Part shown: piece by piece, positions 1 through 9,066 of the stretch
Position numbering within the stretch: position 1 is the stretch's first letter
How the letters are laid out: each line of letters starts with the position of its first letter
Source: Minisyncoccota bacterium
GTDB lineage: Bacteria > Patescibacteriota > Minisyncoccia > Moranbacterales > GCA-2747515
Direction of reading: 5' to 3'
Assembly (NCBI GenBank): GCA_937936355.1
Contig: CALDDM010000028.1
Coordinates: forward strand, 1 to 57,698
DNA: 57,698 bases
Position numbers and translations under genes: made by a program
Notes under the pieces: generated by a model
What the model was told of the DNA's origin: nothing
The model's database searches: none
What the model saw: only the letters and a program-made list of their open reading frames with translations

Positions 1-1
1 G

Positions 2-166
2 CGCGCGCATGCATGGCAAGCGTATGGTGACGATAATAATGGATACCCAGAAATGCATAGTGAGCTAGCTTTTGAAGTTGATGTTAGTGCGCTGACGCTT
101 TTTGAGCACACTGTTATTGAGGGTAAGAAGGAATTCTCACCACTGGAGATCTTTGAGCTTTCATAG
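2..166 (+). CDS. 3' end of an unidentified ORF truncated by the window start (…EFSPLEIFELS*)
   Basis: Open frame from position 2 to TAG at 164-166 (54 codons, my own translation). No recognisable family; not L33 or EF-Tu, which often precede secE. Confidence 0.25.
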   Translation, partial: RAHAWQAYGDDNNGYPEMHSELAFEVDVSALTLFEHTVIEGKKEFSPLEIFELS

Positions 167-332
167 GTTGAGAGGTTTTTCGCCTTATGTGCAAGCGGTT
201 TCTATGGAAGATGCTCATTGTGTGATTTGTCGTTTTGCTGTTACTTGACTTGTTTGTCGTGCTATAGTAGACTCAGTATAGATAAAAGAATACCATCAAA
301 AAGCCGGAAGGCTTTTTAAAAAACCCAAAATT

Positions 333-767
333 ATGAAAAAGTTGATCGACTATTTCCGTGAGTCGTATGCGGAATTGCGAAGCGTTACGTGGCCTACTCG
401 ACTGCAGACGATCCATTACACAGTGCTTGTGGTGATTATATCGTTGCTTGTTGCAGCATTTCTCGGTATTCTAGATTATTTCTTTGGCCAAGGCTTGCAA
501 AAATACCTCGGTACGGGACAGGATGTACCACAAGCACAGCAGATTGAGGTTGGTGAGGATGGCGTTATTCAGGGTGATGTCGATGGAGATGGTAATGATG
601 TGGTGGGTGACGATGTCATTGATGCTGGCGACATTACAATTGAAGCGCTACCAGAAGAGGATGTGACTGATGTTTTGCAGGATTCTTCGCCAGAGGACGT
701 GACACCAGAAGCGCCTCTTCAGGATGTATCTACTGATGTGGCGCCTGATCTGCAACCAACACCGTAA
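333..767 (+). CDS. secE: Preprotein translocase subunit SecE with long acidic C-terminal extension
   Basis: N-terminal 'YFRESYAELRSVTWPTR' followed by one TM helix (res ~27-50). Sits directly upstream of nusG-rplK-rplA. Residues ~60-144 are D/E/V/G/P-rich low complexity. Confidence 0.85.
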   Translation: MKKLIDYFRESYAELRSVTWPTRLQTIHYTVLVVIISLLVAAFLGILDYFFGQGLQKYLGTGQDVPQAQQIEVGEDGVIQGDVDGDGNDVVGDDVIDAGDITIEALPEEDVTDVLQDSSPEDVTPEAPLQDVSTDVAPDLQPTP

Positions 768-875
768 AAGCGCGACAGTGACACAAGTGGGCAAGCTCGG
801 GTAATATTGAGCAAACACGCGGAAGGATCTAAATGTCGTAAAATCTCATAAAATCTAATCGATAAAAAGCAACGC

Positions 876-1421
876 ATGGCTAAGCAATCACAACATCATG
901 GAAAAGCCTGGTATGTTCTCCACACATATTCAGGATATGAGGATAATGTCGCACGGAATCTGCGTCAACGTATTGACTCTATGGATATGCATGACTTCAT
1001 CTTTGATGTCATCATACCGACAGAGAAGAAAATTAAGATCAAGGCCGGAAAGCGAGTGACCATTGAGGAGAAGATCTACCCTGGATATGTTTTGGTAGAG
1101 ATGGTTGTAACTGACGCATCGTGGTATGTTGTTCGTAACACGCCAAATGTGACAGGTTTTATCGGGCTTGGTACAACGCCTACGCCTGTTGATCCTGCTG
1201 AAATTCTTGCGCTTAAGAAGCGCATGGGTCAAGAGGAGCCAAAATACCGCATCGATGTTGCAAAGGGTGAGCAAGTCAAGATTGTAGATGGACCGTTTAA
1301 AGATTTCGATGGTGCAGTGGAGGACGTCGATGAGGCACGTGGTAAGATCAAGGTTCTTGTACTCGTGTTTGGTCGTGAGACACCAGTAGAGCTGGACTTT
1401 ATCCAAATCAAGAAACTGTAA
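876..1421 (+). CDS. nusG: Transcription termination/antitermination factor NusG
   Basis: 'WYVLHTYSGYEDNV…' NGN domain plus C-terminal KOW ('GEQVKIVDGPFKDFDGAVEDVD'); conserved secE-nusG-rplK synteny. Confidence 0.95.
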   Translation: MAKQSQHHGKAWYVLHTYSGYEDNVARNLRQRIDSMDMHDFIFDVIIPTEKKIKIKAGKRVTIEEKIYPGYVLVEMVVTDASWYVVRNTPNVTGFIGLGTTPTPVDPAEILALKKRMGQEEPKYRIDVAKGEQVKIVDGPFKDFDGAVEDVDEARGKIKVLVLVFGRETPVELDFIQIKKL

Positions 1422-1483
1422 TTTTTCCAGATTATTAAGAGCAAGACACACTACCATTACCTATATTCACTATTCTAAACACT

Positions 1484-1909
1484 ATGGCTGACAAAAAAGT
1501 ATCTACAGTAATTAAATTGCAAATCCAAGGTGGACAAGCGAACCCGGCACCACCTGTTGGCCCAGCTTTGGGACAACACGGTATCAACATCCAAGATTTC
1601 TGTACGCAGTTCAATGCCGCAACAGAGGATAAGCGAGGCAGTGTTGTGCCTGTAGAGATTTCTGTGTACGAGGACCGTTCTTTTGACTTTATCATGAAAA
1701 CACCTCCTGCGGCGGAGCTCTTGAAGAAGGCTGCTGGCGTTAAGAAGGGTGCTGGTAATCCTCTTTTAGATAAAGTGGGTAAGGTAACCAAGGCGCAAGT
1801 GCAGGAGATTGCTGAGACGAAAATGCAGGATCTTAATGCTGCTGATGTGGATGCTGCGATGAAGATTGTCGAGGGGACTGCTCGCTCCATGGGTATCACA
1901 GTGGAGTAA
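1484..1909 (+). CDS. rplK: 50S ribosomal protein L11
   Basis: '[31 protein letters not shown]' is the canonical L11 signature. Confidence 0.97.
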   Translation: MADKKVSTVIKLQIQGGQANPAPPVGPALGQHGINIQDFCTQFNAATEDKRGSVVPVEISVYEDRSFDFIMKTPPAAELLKKAAGVKKGAGNPLLDKVGKVTKAQVQEIAETKMQDLNAADVDAAMKIVEGTARSMGITVE

Positions 1910-2056
1910 GTTCTGTTGGTACATCTTCTGTTACTAATCAGATGATACTTAAAACTGAATTATTTCAGCTAGTACAGGATGTAACTGCCTGAGCGGAGAA
2001 TATTTTAATTACATAATTGTGGGAGGCCTTATGGTCGTTTGCACCACAAAAATACT

Positions 2057-2734
2057 ATGAAAAAAGGAAAGAATTATCGTGCAACATGCGAAACGCGTGA
2101 CAAGGAAAAGACATATGATATCGCTGAAGCGATGACATTTGTTAAGACTGGTGCAAAGGCAAAGTTTGATGAATCAGTGGAGGTGCACGTCAAGCTAGCG
2201 ATTGATCCAAAGCGAGGTGACCAAGCAATTCGTGGTACTGTAAGTTTGCCACATGGAACAGGTAAGGCGACGAGAATTGCCGTGATTACTGACACGAAAG
2301 CTGAGGATGCAAAGGCTGCTGGTGCTGATATTATTGGCGCGCAAGATCTTGTCGATGATATCAAGGCGGGGAAAATTCCAGATGTGGATGTGATCGTTGC
2401 AACTCCAGAGATGATGCCAAAGCTGGCTGCAGCTGCGAAGGTCTTGGGACCACGAGGGCTTATGCCAAGTCCAAAGACAGAGACGGTGACACCAGATGTA
2501 ACGCGAATCGTTGGTGAGCTTAAGCAGGGTAAAGAGAATATCAAAAATGACAAAGGTGGCATTGTACACCAGGTCATTGGTAAAACGTCATTTGATGAGG
2601 ATAAGCTTGTAGAAAATTACATAGCATTTATTACTGCGATTAGGGATTTGAAGACTGATGCACATAAGAGTGCGCTTATTGCAAGTGTGACAACGTGTTC
2701 TACGATGGGACCAAGTGTCAAGGTGAAGGCGTAA
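2057..2734 (+). CDS. rplA: 50S ribosomal protein L1
   Basis: 'MKKGKNYR…DESVEVHVKLAIDPKRGDQAIRGTVSLPHGTGK' is typical L1. The ORF-track start (TTG 2039) is probably too early; ATG 2057 matches L1 N-termini. Confidence 0.95.
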   Translation: MKKGKNYRATCETRDKEKTYDIAEAMTFVKTGAKAKFDESVEVHVKLAIDPKRGDQAIRGTVSLPHGTGKATRIAVITDTKAEDAKAAGADIIGAQDLVDDIKAGKIPDVDVIVATPEMMPKLAAAAKVLGPRGLMPSPKTETVTPDVTRIVGELKQGKENIKNDKGGIVHQVIGKTSFDEDKLVENYIAFITAIRDLKTDAHKSALIASVTTCSTMGPSVKVKA

Positions 2735-2807
2735 GGATACGCAGCGTAAAAAACTACTCAACTGTTCGGGAGTTCAGTGAGTATTTTTTTGATTGTCAGG
2801 ATTCCTT

Positions 2808-2836
2808 TTGCTACAATATACACTGTATTCTATATA
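2808..2836 (+). promoter_or_regulatory. Candidate sigma70 promoter (TTGCTA-17-TATATA) for the kinase/dcd unit
   Basis: -35 TTGCTA 2808-2813, 17-nt spacer, -10 TATATA 2831-2836; about 20 nt upstream of ATG 2858. Confidence 0.35.
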
Positions 2837-2857
2837 ATATTTATTCAAAGACTATTT

Positions 2858-3427
2858 ATGGCAGGAGAAGAAAAGATCGTGATTGGTCTTGTTGGTGAGA
2901 CCGGATCAGGAAAAGATACTGTTGCAAATCATCTCAAGAAGCGGCACCGCGTTAACCTCTTTCGTTTTAGCTACCCCTTGAAACAAGCGCTGGGTCTTTT
3001 CTTTGATCATCCTGCAAAAGACGATCAAGCATGGCTTTTTGATCAGTTTCAAAAACGCTTTGGCGAAGATATTTTGCATCGTGGTTTGCGACGGAGGATA
3101 GAGCGTGCCGATGACAAAATTATCTGTATTAATGGTGTGCGCATGCCACAAGATGAGGCTCTTGTGCGATCATATCCCAATAGTGTGGTTATTTATGTGA
3201 CGGCTGAACGAGAGTTGCGATGGCAGAGAAGTTTTTCGCGGGGCGAAAAGTCTGATGACAAGCAGACACTTGAGGCATTCACAGCTTTTGAGGAGGGTAC
3301 AGAGACAGAGCGCGCAGTTCCCGAGATCGGTGCGCGGGCAGATTATAAGATAGAAAACACAGAGGGCCTTGACCAACTTCTTGCAAAAGTTGATGATGTT
3401 ATGGAGCAAGTGATAGCAAAGTCGTAA
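2858..3427 (+). CDS. P-loop nucleotide (dNMP?) kinase-like protein, paralog of 5622-6203
   Basis: Walker A 'GLVGETGSGKDT'. Collinear similarity to the 5622 ORF (FGEDI/FGEDV, INGVRMPQDEA/VDGLRRMQEIDA, RGEKSDDKQTLEAF/RGENVGDAQKTLEEF, ARADYKIEN/SRADHIIAN). Start moved to ATG 2858; the upstream 27 codons are hydrophobic junk over the promoter. Confidence 0.6.
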   Translation: MAGEEKIVIGLVGETGSGKDTVANHLKKRHRVNLFRFSYPLKQALGLFFDHPAKDDQAWLFDQFQKRFGEDILHRGLRRRIERADDKIICINGVRMPQDEALVRSYPNSVVIYVTAERELRWQRSFSRGEKSDDKQTLEAFTAFEEGTETERAVPEIGARADYKIENTEGLDQLLAKVDDVMEQVIAKS

Positions 3428-3447
3428 CATATTAAGATAGCTGACCT

Positions 3448-4011
3448 ATGATACTTTCTGATAGGGACATTATCGCAGCAGTTAAAGAAAAAAAAATTTC
3501 TATTAAACCTTTTGATAAGACTACGGTGCAGCCAGCGAGTGTGGACATACATCTGGATCGTCAGTTTATGACCTTTGACACCAGTGCAAACTTTGTTATC
3601 GATACGCGCAAGCCAGTGGAGAATCTCATGAAGAAGATTAGAATTTCAGGCGATGAGCCTTTTGTGCTTCATCCAGGTGAGTTTGCGCTTGGTCTGATTC
3701 TAGAAGAAACTGGTGTGGATGCAGAGCATGTTGGGAGGCTTGAGGGGAAAAGTTCGCTTGGGCGATTGGGTTTGATTATACACACAACAGCAGGATACCT
3801 TGATCCTGGTAATCGACTCAAAATGACGTTGGAGCTTTATAATGCTGGCAAATTGCCGATTAAGCTTTATTATAAAATGCCAATTGGTCAAATGGCTTTT
3901 GAGCGTATGTCGAGTCCGTGTGATCGTCCATATGGATCGAAAGGTCTTGGTAGTAAGTATTATGGCGACAAAGCTGTGCAGGCCTCCAAAATGCATAAAA
4001 ATAAATTTTAG
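3448..4011 (+). CDS. dcd: dCTP deaminase
   Basis: 'MILSDRDI…ISIKPFD…VQPASVDIHLD' and 'GRLEGKSSLGRLGL' are dCTP deaminase/dUTPase-superfamily motifs. Confidence 0.9.
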   Translation: MILSDRDIIAAVKEKKISIKPFDKTTVQPASVDIHLDRQFMTFDTSANFVIDTRKPVENLMKKIRISGDEPFVLHPGEFALGLILEETGVDAEHVGRLEGKSSLGRLGLIIHTTAGYLDPGNRLKMTLELYNAGKLPIKLYYKMPIGQMAFERMSSPCDRPYGSKGLGSKYYGDKAVQASKMHKNKF

Positions 4012-4022
4012 TTAAATCTGAT

Positions 4023-4050
4023 TTGACAATTCTACGACACCGACTATACT
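4023..4050 (+). promoter_or_regulatory. Candidate promoter TTGACA-16-TATACT upstream of thyA
   Basis: Perfect -35 TTGACA at 4023-4028, 16-nt spacer, -10 TATACT at 4045-4050. GAGGAA Shine-Dalgarno at 4088-4093 precedes ATG 4100. Confidence 0.55.
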
Positions 4051-4099
4051 CCAAGGGTACACTTCGTACTTGTCGAGTACTTTAAACGAGGAATGGAAA

Positions 4100-5035
4100 A
4101 TGCAACAGTATTTAGATTTGATTAGGCGGATTAAAAGTGAAGGTACGCATAAGGGTGATCGGACTGGTACTGGCACGCAAAGCATCTTTGGTCATATGAT
4201 GCGCTTTGACCTTAACAAAGGATTTCCATTGGTTACAACCAAAAAAACCAATCCGAAGTCAATTATTCATGAGCTTCTGTGGCTAGTGAGCGGATCTACA
4301 AACATCAGATATCTTGTCGAAAATAACGTCGGGATCTGGAATGCGTGGCCTCTGAGGCGCTATGTAACAGAGACGACGAATGACTTAGATGGTTTAACCC
4401 CTGGATCAGAAGCTTACAAAGCTGCAATTTATAAGTACGAGAAATATTTCTTGAGCCAAATTGTTTCAGATGATGCATTCTCTGCAAAGTGGGGTGAGTT
4501 GGGTCCGGTATATGGAAAGCAGTGGAGGTCTTGGGAGTGCCCAAATGGTGAAAGGATCGATCAACTGCAAAAAGCAATTGACGAGATTCAAGACAATCCG
4601 ACATCGCGACGCATCATTGTGACTGCTTGGAATCCTGCTGATGTGGAAGAGATGGCGAAAGCTGGTCTTCCTCCATGTCATCTTGAATTTCAGTTTGGTG
4701 TTGCTGACGGTAGATTGTCATGCTCAATGCTTCAGAGAAGTGCGGATGTGTTCCTTGGTGTGCCCTTTAATATTGCAAGTTATGCGTCACTGACGATGAT
4801 GGTCGCGCAGGTGTGCAATCTTAAGCTTGGAGACTTTGTCCATTTTCTTGTGGATGCGCATATTTATGCAAATCATCAAGAGCAAACAGACTTGCAGCTG
4901 ACAAGGGAGCCGCATAAATTGCCGGTGATGCGGATTAACCCAGATGTGTTTCACATCGACCATTTTACTTTTGATGACTTTACTTTGGAGGGGTACGAGG
5001 CGCATCCGCACATCATTGGGGATGTTGCAATTTAG
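4100..5035 (+). CDS. thyA: Thymidylate synthase ThyA (long form with ~45-aa insert)
   Basis: '[11 protein letters not shown]…[12 protein letters not shown]…FPLVTTKK…IIHELLWL', catalytic 'LPPCH', C-terminal 'IGDVAI'. Insert after 'GIWNAW' resembles the long Lactobacillus casei-type ThyA. Start set at ATG 4100, matching ThyA N-termini. Confidence 0.95.
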   Translation: MQQYLDLIRRIKSEGTHKGDRTGTGTQSIFGHMMRFDLNKGFPLVTTKKTNPKSIIHELLWLVSGSTNIRYLVENNVGIWNAWPLRRYVTETTNDLDGLTPGSEAYKAAIYKYEKYFLSQIVSDDAFSAKWGELGPVYGKQWRSWECPNGERIDQLQKAIDEIQDNPTSRRIIVTAWNPADVEEMAKAGLPPCHLEFQFGVADGRLSCSMLQRSADVFLGVPFNIASYASLTMMVAQVCNLKLGDFVHFLVDAHIYANHQEQTDLQLTREPHKLPVMRINPDVFHIDHFTFDDFTLEGYEAHPHIIGDVAI

Positions 5036-5042
5036 GTTAGCG

Positions 5043-5080
5043 ATCTCGACTTGCTGTATGCGGGTCGAGATGTTTTTTTA
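5043..5080 (+). terminator. Hairpin plus U-tract between thyA and folA (terminator/attenuator candidate)
   Basis: ATCTCGAC (5043-5050) pairs with GTCGAGAT (5064-5071), followed by T7 (5073-5079). Overlaps a TATAAT at 5079-5084. Confidence 0.45.
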
Positions 5081-5097
5081 TAATAACCGTGGATAAT

Positions 5098-5619
5098 ATG
5101 AAAATAATATTGATTGCTGCGGTTGGTCAGCGCAGAGAGATTGGAAAGGCTGATGAGATGATATGGTCTGTGCCTAGTCATGACGAGCGAATTGATACTA
5201 TGACAGCAGGGCATCCAGTAATTATGGGGCGCAGAATGTGTGAATCTTCGTGCGACCTTAGGGATCGACTAACCACCCAGACGTGCATTGTGTTAACTCA
5301 TCGTAAGCTGCATGGGCAAAAAGTTCATGAAAGTCTTTATAGTGCAGAGAGTGTGCAAGAGGCTCTCAGTATTGCGCGGCAATCTGAGGGTGGTGAGGAG
5401 TGTTTTGTGTTGGGCGGAGCAGAAATCTATAGGCAATTTCTTCCATTTTGCAGTGTGTTAGAATTGACAGAGGTAGAGTTGGTGGATCCACATGCTGATA
5501 CAAAATTTCCACGATGGGAGAGAGGTGATTTTCGAGAAGTTTTGCGGGAGAGCTATGAGGAGGATTCTCTGCGGTATCACCGCGTTCGTTATGAAAAAAA
5601 AGATACTATTTACGTATAG
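5098..5619 (+). CDS. folA: Dihydrofolate reductase
   Basis: 'MKIILIAAVGQRREIG…MIW…HPVIMGRR…VLGGAEIY' is the DHFR pattern; adjacent to thyA. Confidence 0.85.
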   Translation: MKIILIAAVGQRREIGKADEMIWSVPSHDERIDTMTAGHPVIMGRRMCESSCDLRDRLTTQTCIVLTHRKLHGQKVHESLYSAESVQEALSIARQSEGGEECFVLGGAEIYRQFLPFCSVLELTEVELVDPHADTKFPRWERGDFREVLRESYEEDSLRYHRVRYEKKDTIYV

Positions 5620-5621
5620 AT

Positions 5622-6203
5622 ATGGACTACAACAAAATGATCATCATTGTCGCTGGTGAGATGGCGTCTGGTAAGGGCTCTGTCGGTCGTTATATTGCAG
5701 AAAAGTACAAGGCAAAAAATATTCGTAGTTCTGAAGTCTTTCGGCGAGCACTTGACGCAATCCGCATAGAGCAGTCTCGCGAGTCTGTGTCTGAGATGTC
5801 GCGTGTGATGCGTGAGGGGTTTGGTGAGGATGTTGCAGCAAAGGCTATCTTGTATGATTTGGTAGAGGATAATCACACACTTTTTGTTGTAGATGGCTTG
5901 CGGCGTATGCAGGAAATTGATGCCTTGAAAAAAAGTGATTATCAAACGATTTGTATCTATCTAACAGTTGATCTAGAAACCAGATATAAAAGAATGGTTG
6001 AGCGTGGTGAAAATGTTGGTGATGCGCAAAAAACGCTCGAAGAATTTAAGGAGAATCATGATCTTAACGCAGAGAGTACTGTGCGTGATGTGCAGTCACG
6101 AGCAGATCATATCATTGCTAATAACGGCACACTTGAAGATTTATATGCGCAAATTGATGTGATTTGTGATGATCTTGGCATGGTATATACTGAGTCACTT
6201 TAG
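5622..6203 (+). CDS. P-loop nucleotide (dNMP?) kinase-like protein, paralog of 2858-3427
   Basis: Walker A 'GEMASGKGS'; paralogy described for 2858-3427. Starts 2 nt after the folA stop. Confidence 0.6.
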   Translation: MDYNKMIIIVAGEMASGKGSVGRYIAEKYKAKNIRSSEVFRRALDAIRIEQSRESVSEMSRVMREGFGEDVAAKAILYDLVEDNHTLFVVDGLRRMQEIDALKKSDYQTICIYLTVDLETRYKRMVERGENVGDAQKTLEEFKENHDLNAESTVRDVQSRADHIIANNGTLEDLYAQIDVICDDLGMVYTESL

Positions 6204-6314
6204 TCAATTACTTTTGCCTGTGTTTTGTAAGATTCAGCGAATCTATGGTTGACGACTGGGTTTTTGGGTGATAGGGTGGAATCAACTTTTCAAAAGAATC
6301 GAAGGGAGTACTTT

Positions 6315-6923
6315 ATGACAAAAATAATTAGCGGCAAGATCATCGCTCTTTATGGCATCAATGGCATTGGTAAAACTGTGCAATCAGAAAGATTGGTGGA
6401 ATATCTCAGGAATGATGGTAAGGCTGCCCAGCGTATTAAATACCCCATCTATGATCAGGAGCCTGAGGGACCATTCTTAAATCAATATCTTCGTGATGAG
6501 GATTTTAGGGCAGTGAATCAGCTTAGCACGTATGCATTGCAGTATGAATTTGCAATGAATCGTAGAAGGTATCAGCACACGCTCCAAAGTCGACGTGATC
6601 AGGGTGAATGGCTTGTCCTTGAAGATTACGTTGGTACTGGTATTGCCTGGGGTTTAACGTGGGGCGGAGAACGGCATTATCTTGAGGAGATTAATGGTGA
6701 TCTATTGAAGCCGGACTTGGAGATCCTTATGGATGGTGACCAATTCACATCTGCGATTGAAAAGGGTCATCGCAATGAGGATGATGGGGAGAGAGTGAGA
6801 ATTTGCCGTAGTTTTTTGCAGTTACTTGCCTTTGAAAAGGATTGGATTGTTGTTGACGCAAGGCAATCCAGGGATGAGGTTGCTGCTGCTATATCACAGG
6901 CTGTTGAATTGAAATTTGCCTAA
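6315..6923 (+). CDS. tmk: Thymidylate kinase-like protein
   Basis: 'IIALYGINGIGKTVQSERLVEYL' P-loop and Tmk-like layout ('YEFAMNRR', 'EDYVGTGIAWG' in place of DRY). AAGGGAG Shine-Dalgarno 7 nt upstream of ATG 6315. Confidence 0.65.
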   Translation: MTKIISGKIIALYGINGIGKTVQSERLVEYLRNDGKAAQRIKYPIYDQEPEGPFLNQYLRDEDFRAVNQLSTYALQYEFAMNRRRYQHTLQSRRDQGEWLVLEDYVGTGIAWGLTWGGERHYLEEINGDLLKPDLEILMDGDQFTSAIEKGHRNEDDGERVRICRSFLQLLAFEKDWIVVDARQSRDEVAAAISQAVELKFA

Positions 6924-6932
6924 GTATGAGTA

Positions 6933-6975
6933 AAAATACGTGTAGACAGGAAGTCTGCGCGTATTTTATTTTTTG
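6933..6975 (+). terminator. Rho-independent terminator after tmk
   Basis: 13-15 bp stem AAAATACGTGTAGAC/GTCTGCGCGTATTTT (two G-U pairs), AGGAA loop, then a TTATTTTTT tract. Confidence 0.7.
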
Positions 6976-6984
6976 TGGTATGAT
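6976..6984 (+). promoter_or_regulatory. Extended -10 element TGGTATGAT upstream of dut
   Basis: TGnTATGAT at 6976-6984. Exactly 6 nt downstream is ATG 6991, which opens a 12-codon mini-ORF; dut starts at 7049/7055. Confidence 0.4.
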
Positions 6985-7048
6985 GTGTCATGTTTGATAA
7001 GGATAAGTGCTATAAAGGCCTCCTTTGATGTAAATGCATCTTTAAGCT

Positions 7049-7477
7049 ATGTATATGAAATTAAGAATAAAAAAACTTGAGGAACAAGCTAAGTTGCCAG
7101 AGCGAGCGCATCTATCAGATGCTGGATTTGATCTTTTTGCTGGTATGGCTTATAACGTGCGACCAGGTGACCGAGTTCAGGTCTCTACTAAGATTGCGCT
7201 AGAAATTCCTAAGGGGTATGTTGGGCTTATTTGGGATAAAAGTGGCTTGTCGCAATCAAAAGGACTTAAGACGCTGGGGGGCGTGGTGGATAGCGGATAC
7301 CGTGGTGAGGTCATGATAGGCATAATTAATTTGAGTGATCGTGCATATACTATCGAGCGTGGAGATAAGGTTGCACAAATGCTGATTCAGAAGTATGAGG
7401 CACCAGATATAGTTGAGGTGCAAGAGCTTGCGGATGCGGATCGTGGGGACGGTGCATTTGGTAGTACGGGCAAGTAA
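7049..7477 (+). CDS. dut: dUTP diphosphatase (dUTPase)
   Basis: 'LSDAGFDLFA', 'GVVDSGYRGEV', 'RGDGAFGSTG' are dUTPase motifs 1-5. The start may be ATG 7055. Confidence 0.9.
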   Translation: MYMKLRIKKLEEQAKLPERAHLSDAGFDLFAGMAYNVRPGDRVQVSTKIALEIPKGYVGLIWDKSGLSQSKGLKTLGGVVDSGYRGEVMIGIINLSDRAYTIERGDKVAQMLIQKYEAPDIVEVQELADADRGDGAFGSTGK

Positions 7478-7533
7478 AATAGGCCTGAGTAATTCTGTTA
7501 TAATAAGAAAATAATATTGATTGTGAGAATTCT

Positions 7534-9015
7534 ATGGCGCAGTATAACGTGACAATTGGGATGGAGATACATGTGGAGCTTAAGACGCAGAGCAAGATGT
7601 TTAGTGGTGCTCCAAATGGATTGGGAGAAGAAGACGTGTCAAATATATCAATTGATCCAGTAGTTACAGCGCAACCAGGTGCATTGGTCGTGCCAAATAA
7701 ACAAGCGATCGCATTTGTGCAGATGGCTGGTCTCGCACTTGATTGCGAAATCGCTACAAAGAGTAAGTTTGATCGTAAGCATTATTTTTATCCCGATCTA
7801 CCGAAGGGATATCAGATTTCACAGTTTGACGAACCCCTCTGTGGTCCCGGGCATATCATGCTGGATGTGGGTGGACAGCAAAAACGTATAGGAATTACTC
7901 GTATACATATGGAGGAAGATACTGGCAAGAATGCACATGTCGGTGGCTCAACATATGTTGATCTTAATCGCGCTGGTGTGCCACTTATGGAGCTTGTGAG
8001 TGAGCCTGATATAAAAACTGGGGAAGAAGCGCGCGCTTTTTGTCAGAAGTTGCAGCAGATTTTTCGATATATAGGCATCTCTGATGCAGATATTGAAAAA
8101 GGTCAAATGCGCTGTGAGGTAAACCTTTCCCTCTATAAGGACGGTGATGATCCGCTGAGTGGAACTAAGGTTGAGGTAAAGAATATTGGTTCTTTCCGGA
8201 GTGTGCAGCGAGCCGCGCAGTACGAGATAGCACGACAAACAGAGATTTTAGAAGAAAATGGTCAGATCGTACAAGAAACGCGAGGTTGGGATGATTCTGC
8301 AGGTAAAACAATCTCACAGCGATCCAAGGAGAATGCTGATGACTATCGGTATTTTCCTGAGCCCGATATTCCACCGATGACTTTTGATGAGGAATATATT
8401 GAGTCACTACGACGGGCGCTGCCAGAGTTACCATCTCAAAAATATGATCGTTTTGAACGAGAATATGGTGTGCGTACAGAGAATCTTGATGTTATCACTG
8501 CGACGAAAGATTTTGCGGATTATTTTGAGAATGTCGTTAGTGAGATTCGCGAAAAAATCCAAAGTAAAGAAGCGGGTGCAGATGAAAAAAAGCTTGTTCA
8601 GCTTGCAGCAAATTATCTTGTTAGTGAAGTGCAGAAACATTTGATTGAAAGTGATGATGACATCTCAGAGATAAAAATTACTCCCGAAAATTATGCAGAA
8701 CTTATTGCAATGGCGGGTGATGGAACGATTAATTCAAGCGCAGCTCAGACGGTGTTAGCTGAGATGTTTATCTCAGGTGGTGACCCAAGTCACATTGTGC
8801 AAGAGAAAAATCTTGTGCAGGAGAGTGATGAGGGAGTCTTGCATGACGTGATTGAAAAAATTCTTGCAGAAAATCCAGATTCTGTTGCAGACTTTAAAGC
8901 GGGTAAGGAGAATGCACTAAAATTTTTCATGGGGCAAATTATGAAAGAGACAAAGGGTAAGGCAAACCCATCGCTTGCAATGCGTCTTTTGCGCGAGACA
9001 CTATCTGAAAATTGA
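7534..9015 (+). CDS. gatB: Asp/Glu-tRNA(Asn/Gln) amidotransferase subunit B
   Basis: 'IGMEIHVELKTQSKMF', 'FDRKHYFYPDLPKGYQISQ', C-terminal YqeY-like tail. gatA and gatC are not adjacent. Confidence 0.95.
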   Translation: MAQYNVTIGMEIHVELKTQSKMFSGAPNGLGEEDVSNISIDPVVTAQPGALVVPNKQAIAFVQMAGLALDCEIATKSKFDRKHYFYPDLPKGYQISQFDEPLCGPGHIMLDVGGQQKRIGITRIHMEEDTGKNAHVGGSTYVDLNRAGVPLMELVSEPDIKTGEEARAFCQKLQQIFRYIGISDADIEKGQMRCEVNLSLYKDGDDPLSGTKVEVKNIGSFRSVQRAAQYEIARQTEILEENGQIVQETRGWDDSAGKTISQRSKENADDYRYFPEPDIPPMTFDEEYIESLRRALPELPSQKYDRFEREYGVRTENLDVITATKDFADYFENVVSEIREKIQSKEAGADEKKLVQLAANYLVSEVQKHLIESDDDISEIKITPENYAELIAMAGDGTINSSAAQTVLAEMFISGGDPSHIVQEKNLVQESDEGVLHDVIEKILAENPDSVADFKAGKENALKFFMGQIMKETKGKANPSLAMRLLRETLSEN

Positions 9016-9029
9016 TTTGTCAAAATTAA

Positions 9030-9038
9030 TGGTATAAT
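9030..9038 (+). promoter_or_regulatory. Extended -10 element TGGTATAAT upstream of first pilin
   Basis: TGnTATAAT at 9030-9038, 28 nt upstream of ATG 9067. Confidence 0.4.
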
Positions 9039-9066
9039 TAGGTAGAAATTATACGATTAGTTAGAT

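Noticed and set aside
298-317. AAAAAGCC-GGAA-GGCTTTTT hairpin 16 nt upstream of the secE start, behind a possible TTGACT…TAGACT promoter (245-273)
   Set aside because: The stem has only three G-C pairs, and its position between a weak promoter and the start codon is ambiguous (terminator of the upstream ORF versus leader structure). Not enough evidence to call. No tRNA-Trp or rpmG, which often precede secE, is present.
930-2577. Long antisense ORFs opposite nusG, rplK and rplA (930-1457, 1435-1899, 2074-2577); similar shadow ORFs occur throughout the window
   Set aside because: They overlap genes with unambiguous homology on the other strand. Their translations are low-complexity or hydrophobic with no motifs.
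4100-5035. The ThyA homolog as a possible dUMP/dCMP hydroxymethylase (DNA hypermodification)
   Set aside because: It has the canonical ThyA catalytic context (LPPCH, conserved N- and C-termini). An adjacent DHFR is only needed if dihydrofolate is produced, i.e. for true thymidylate synthesis.
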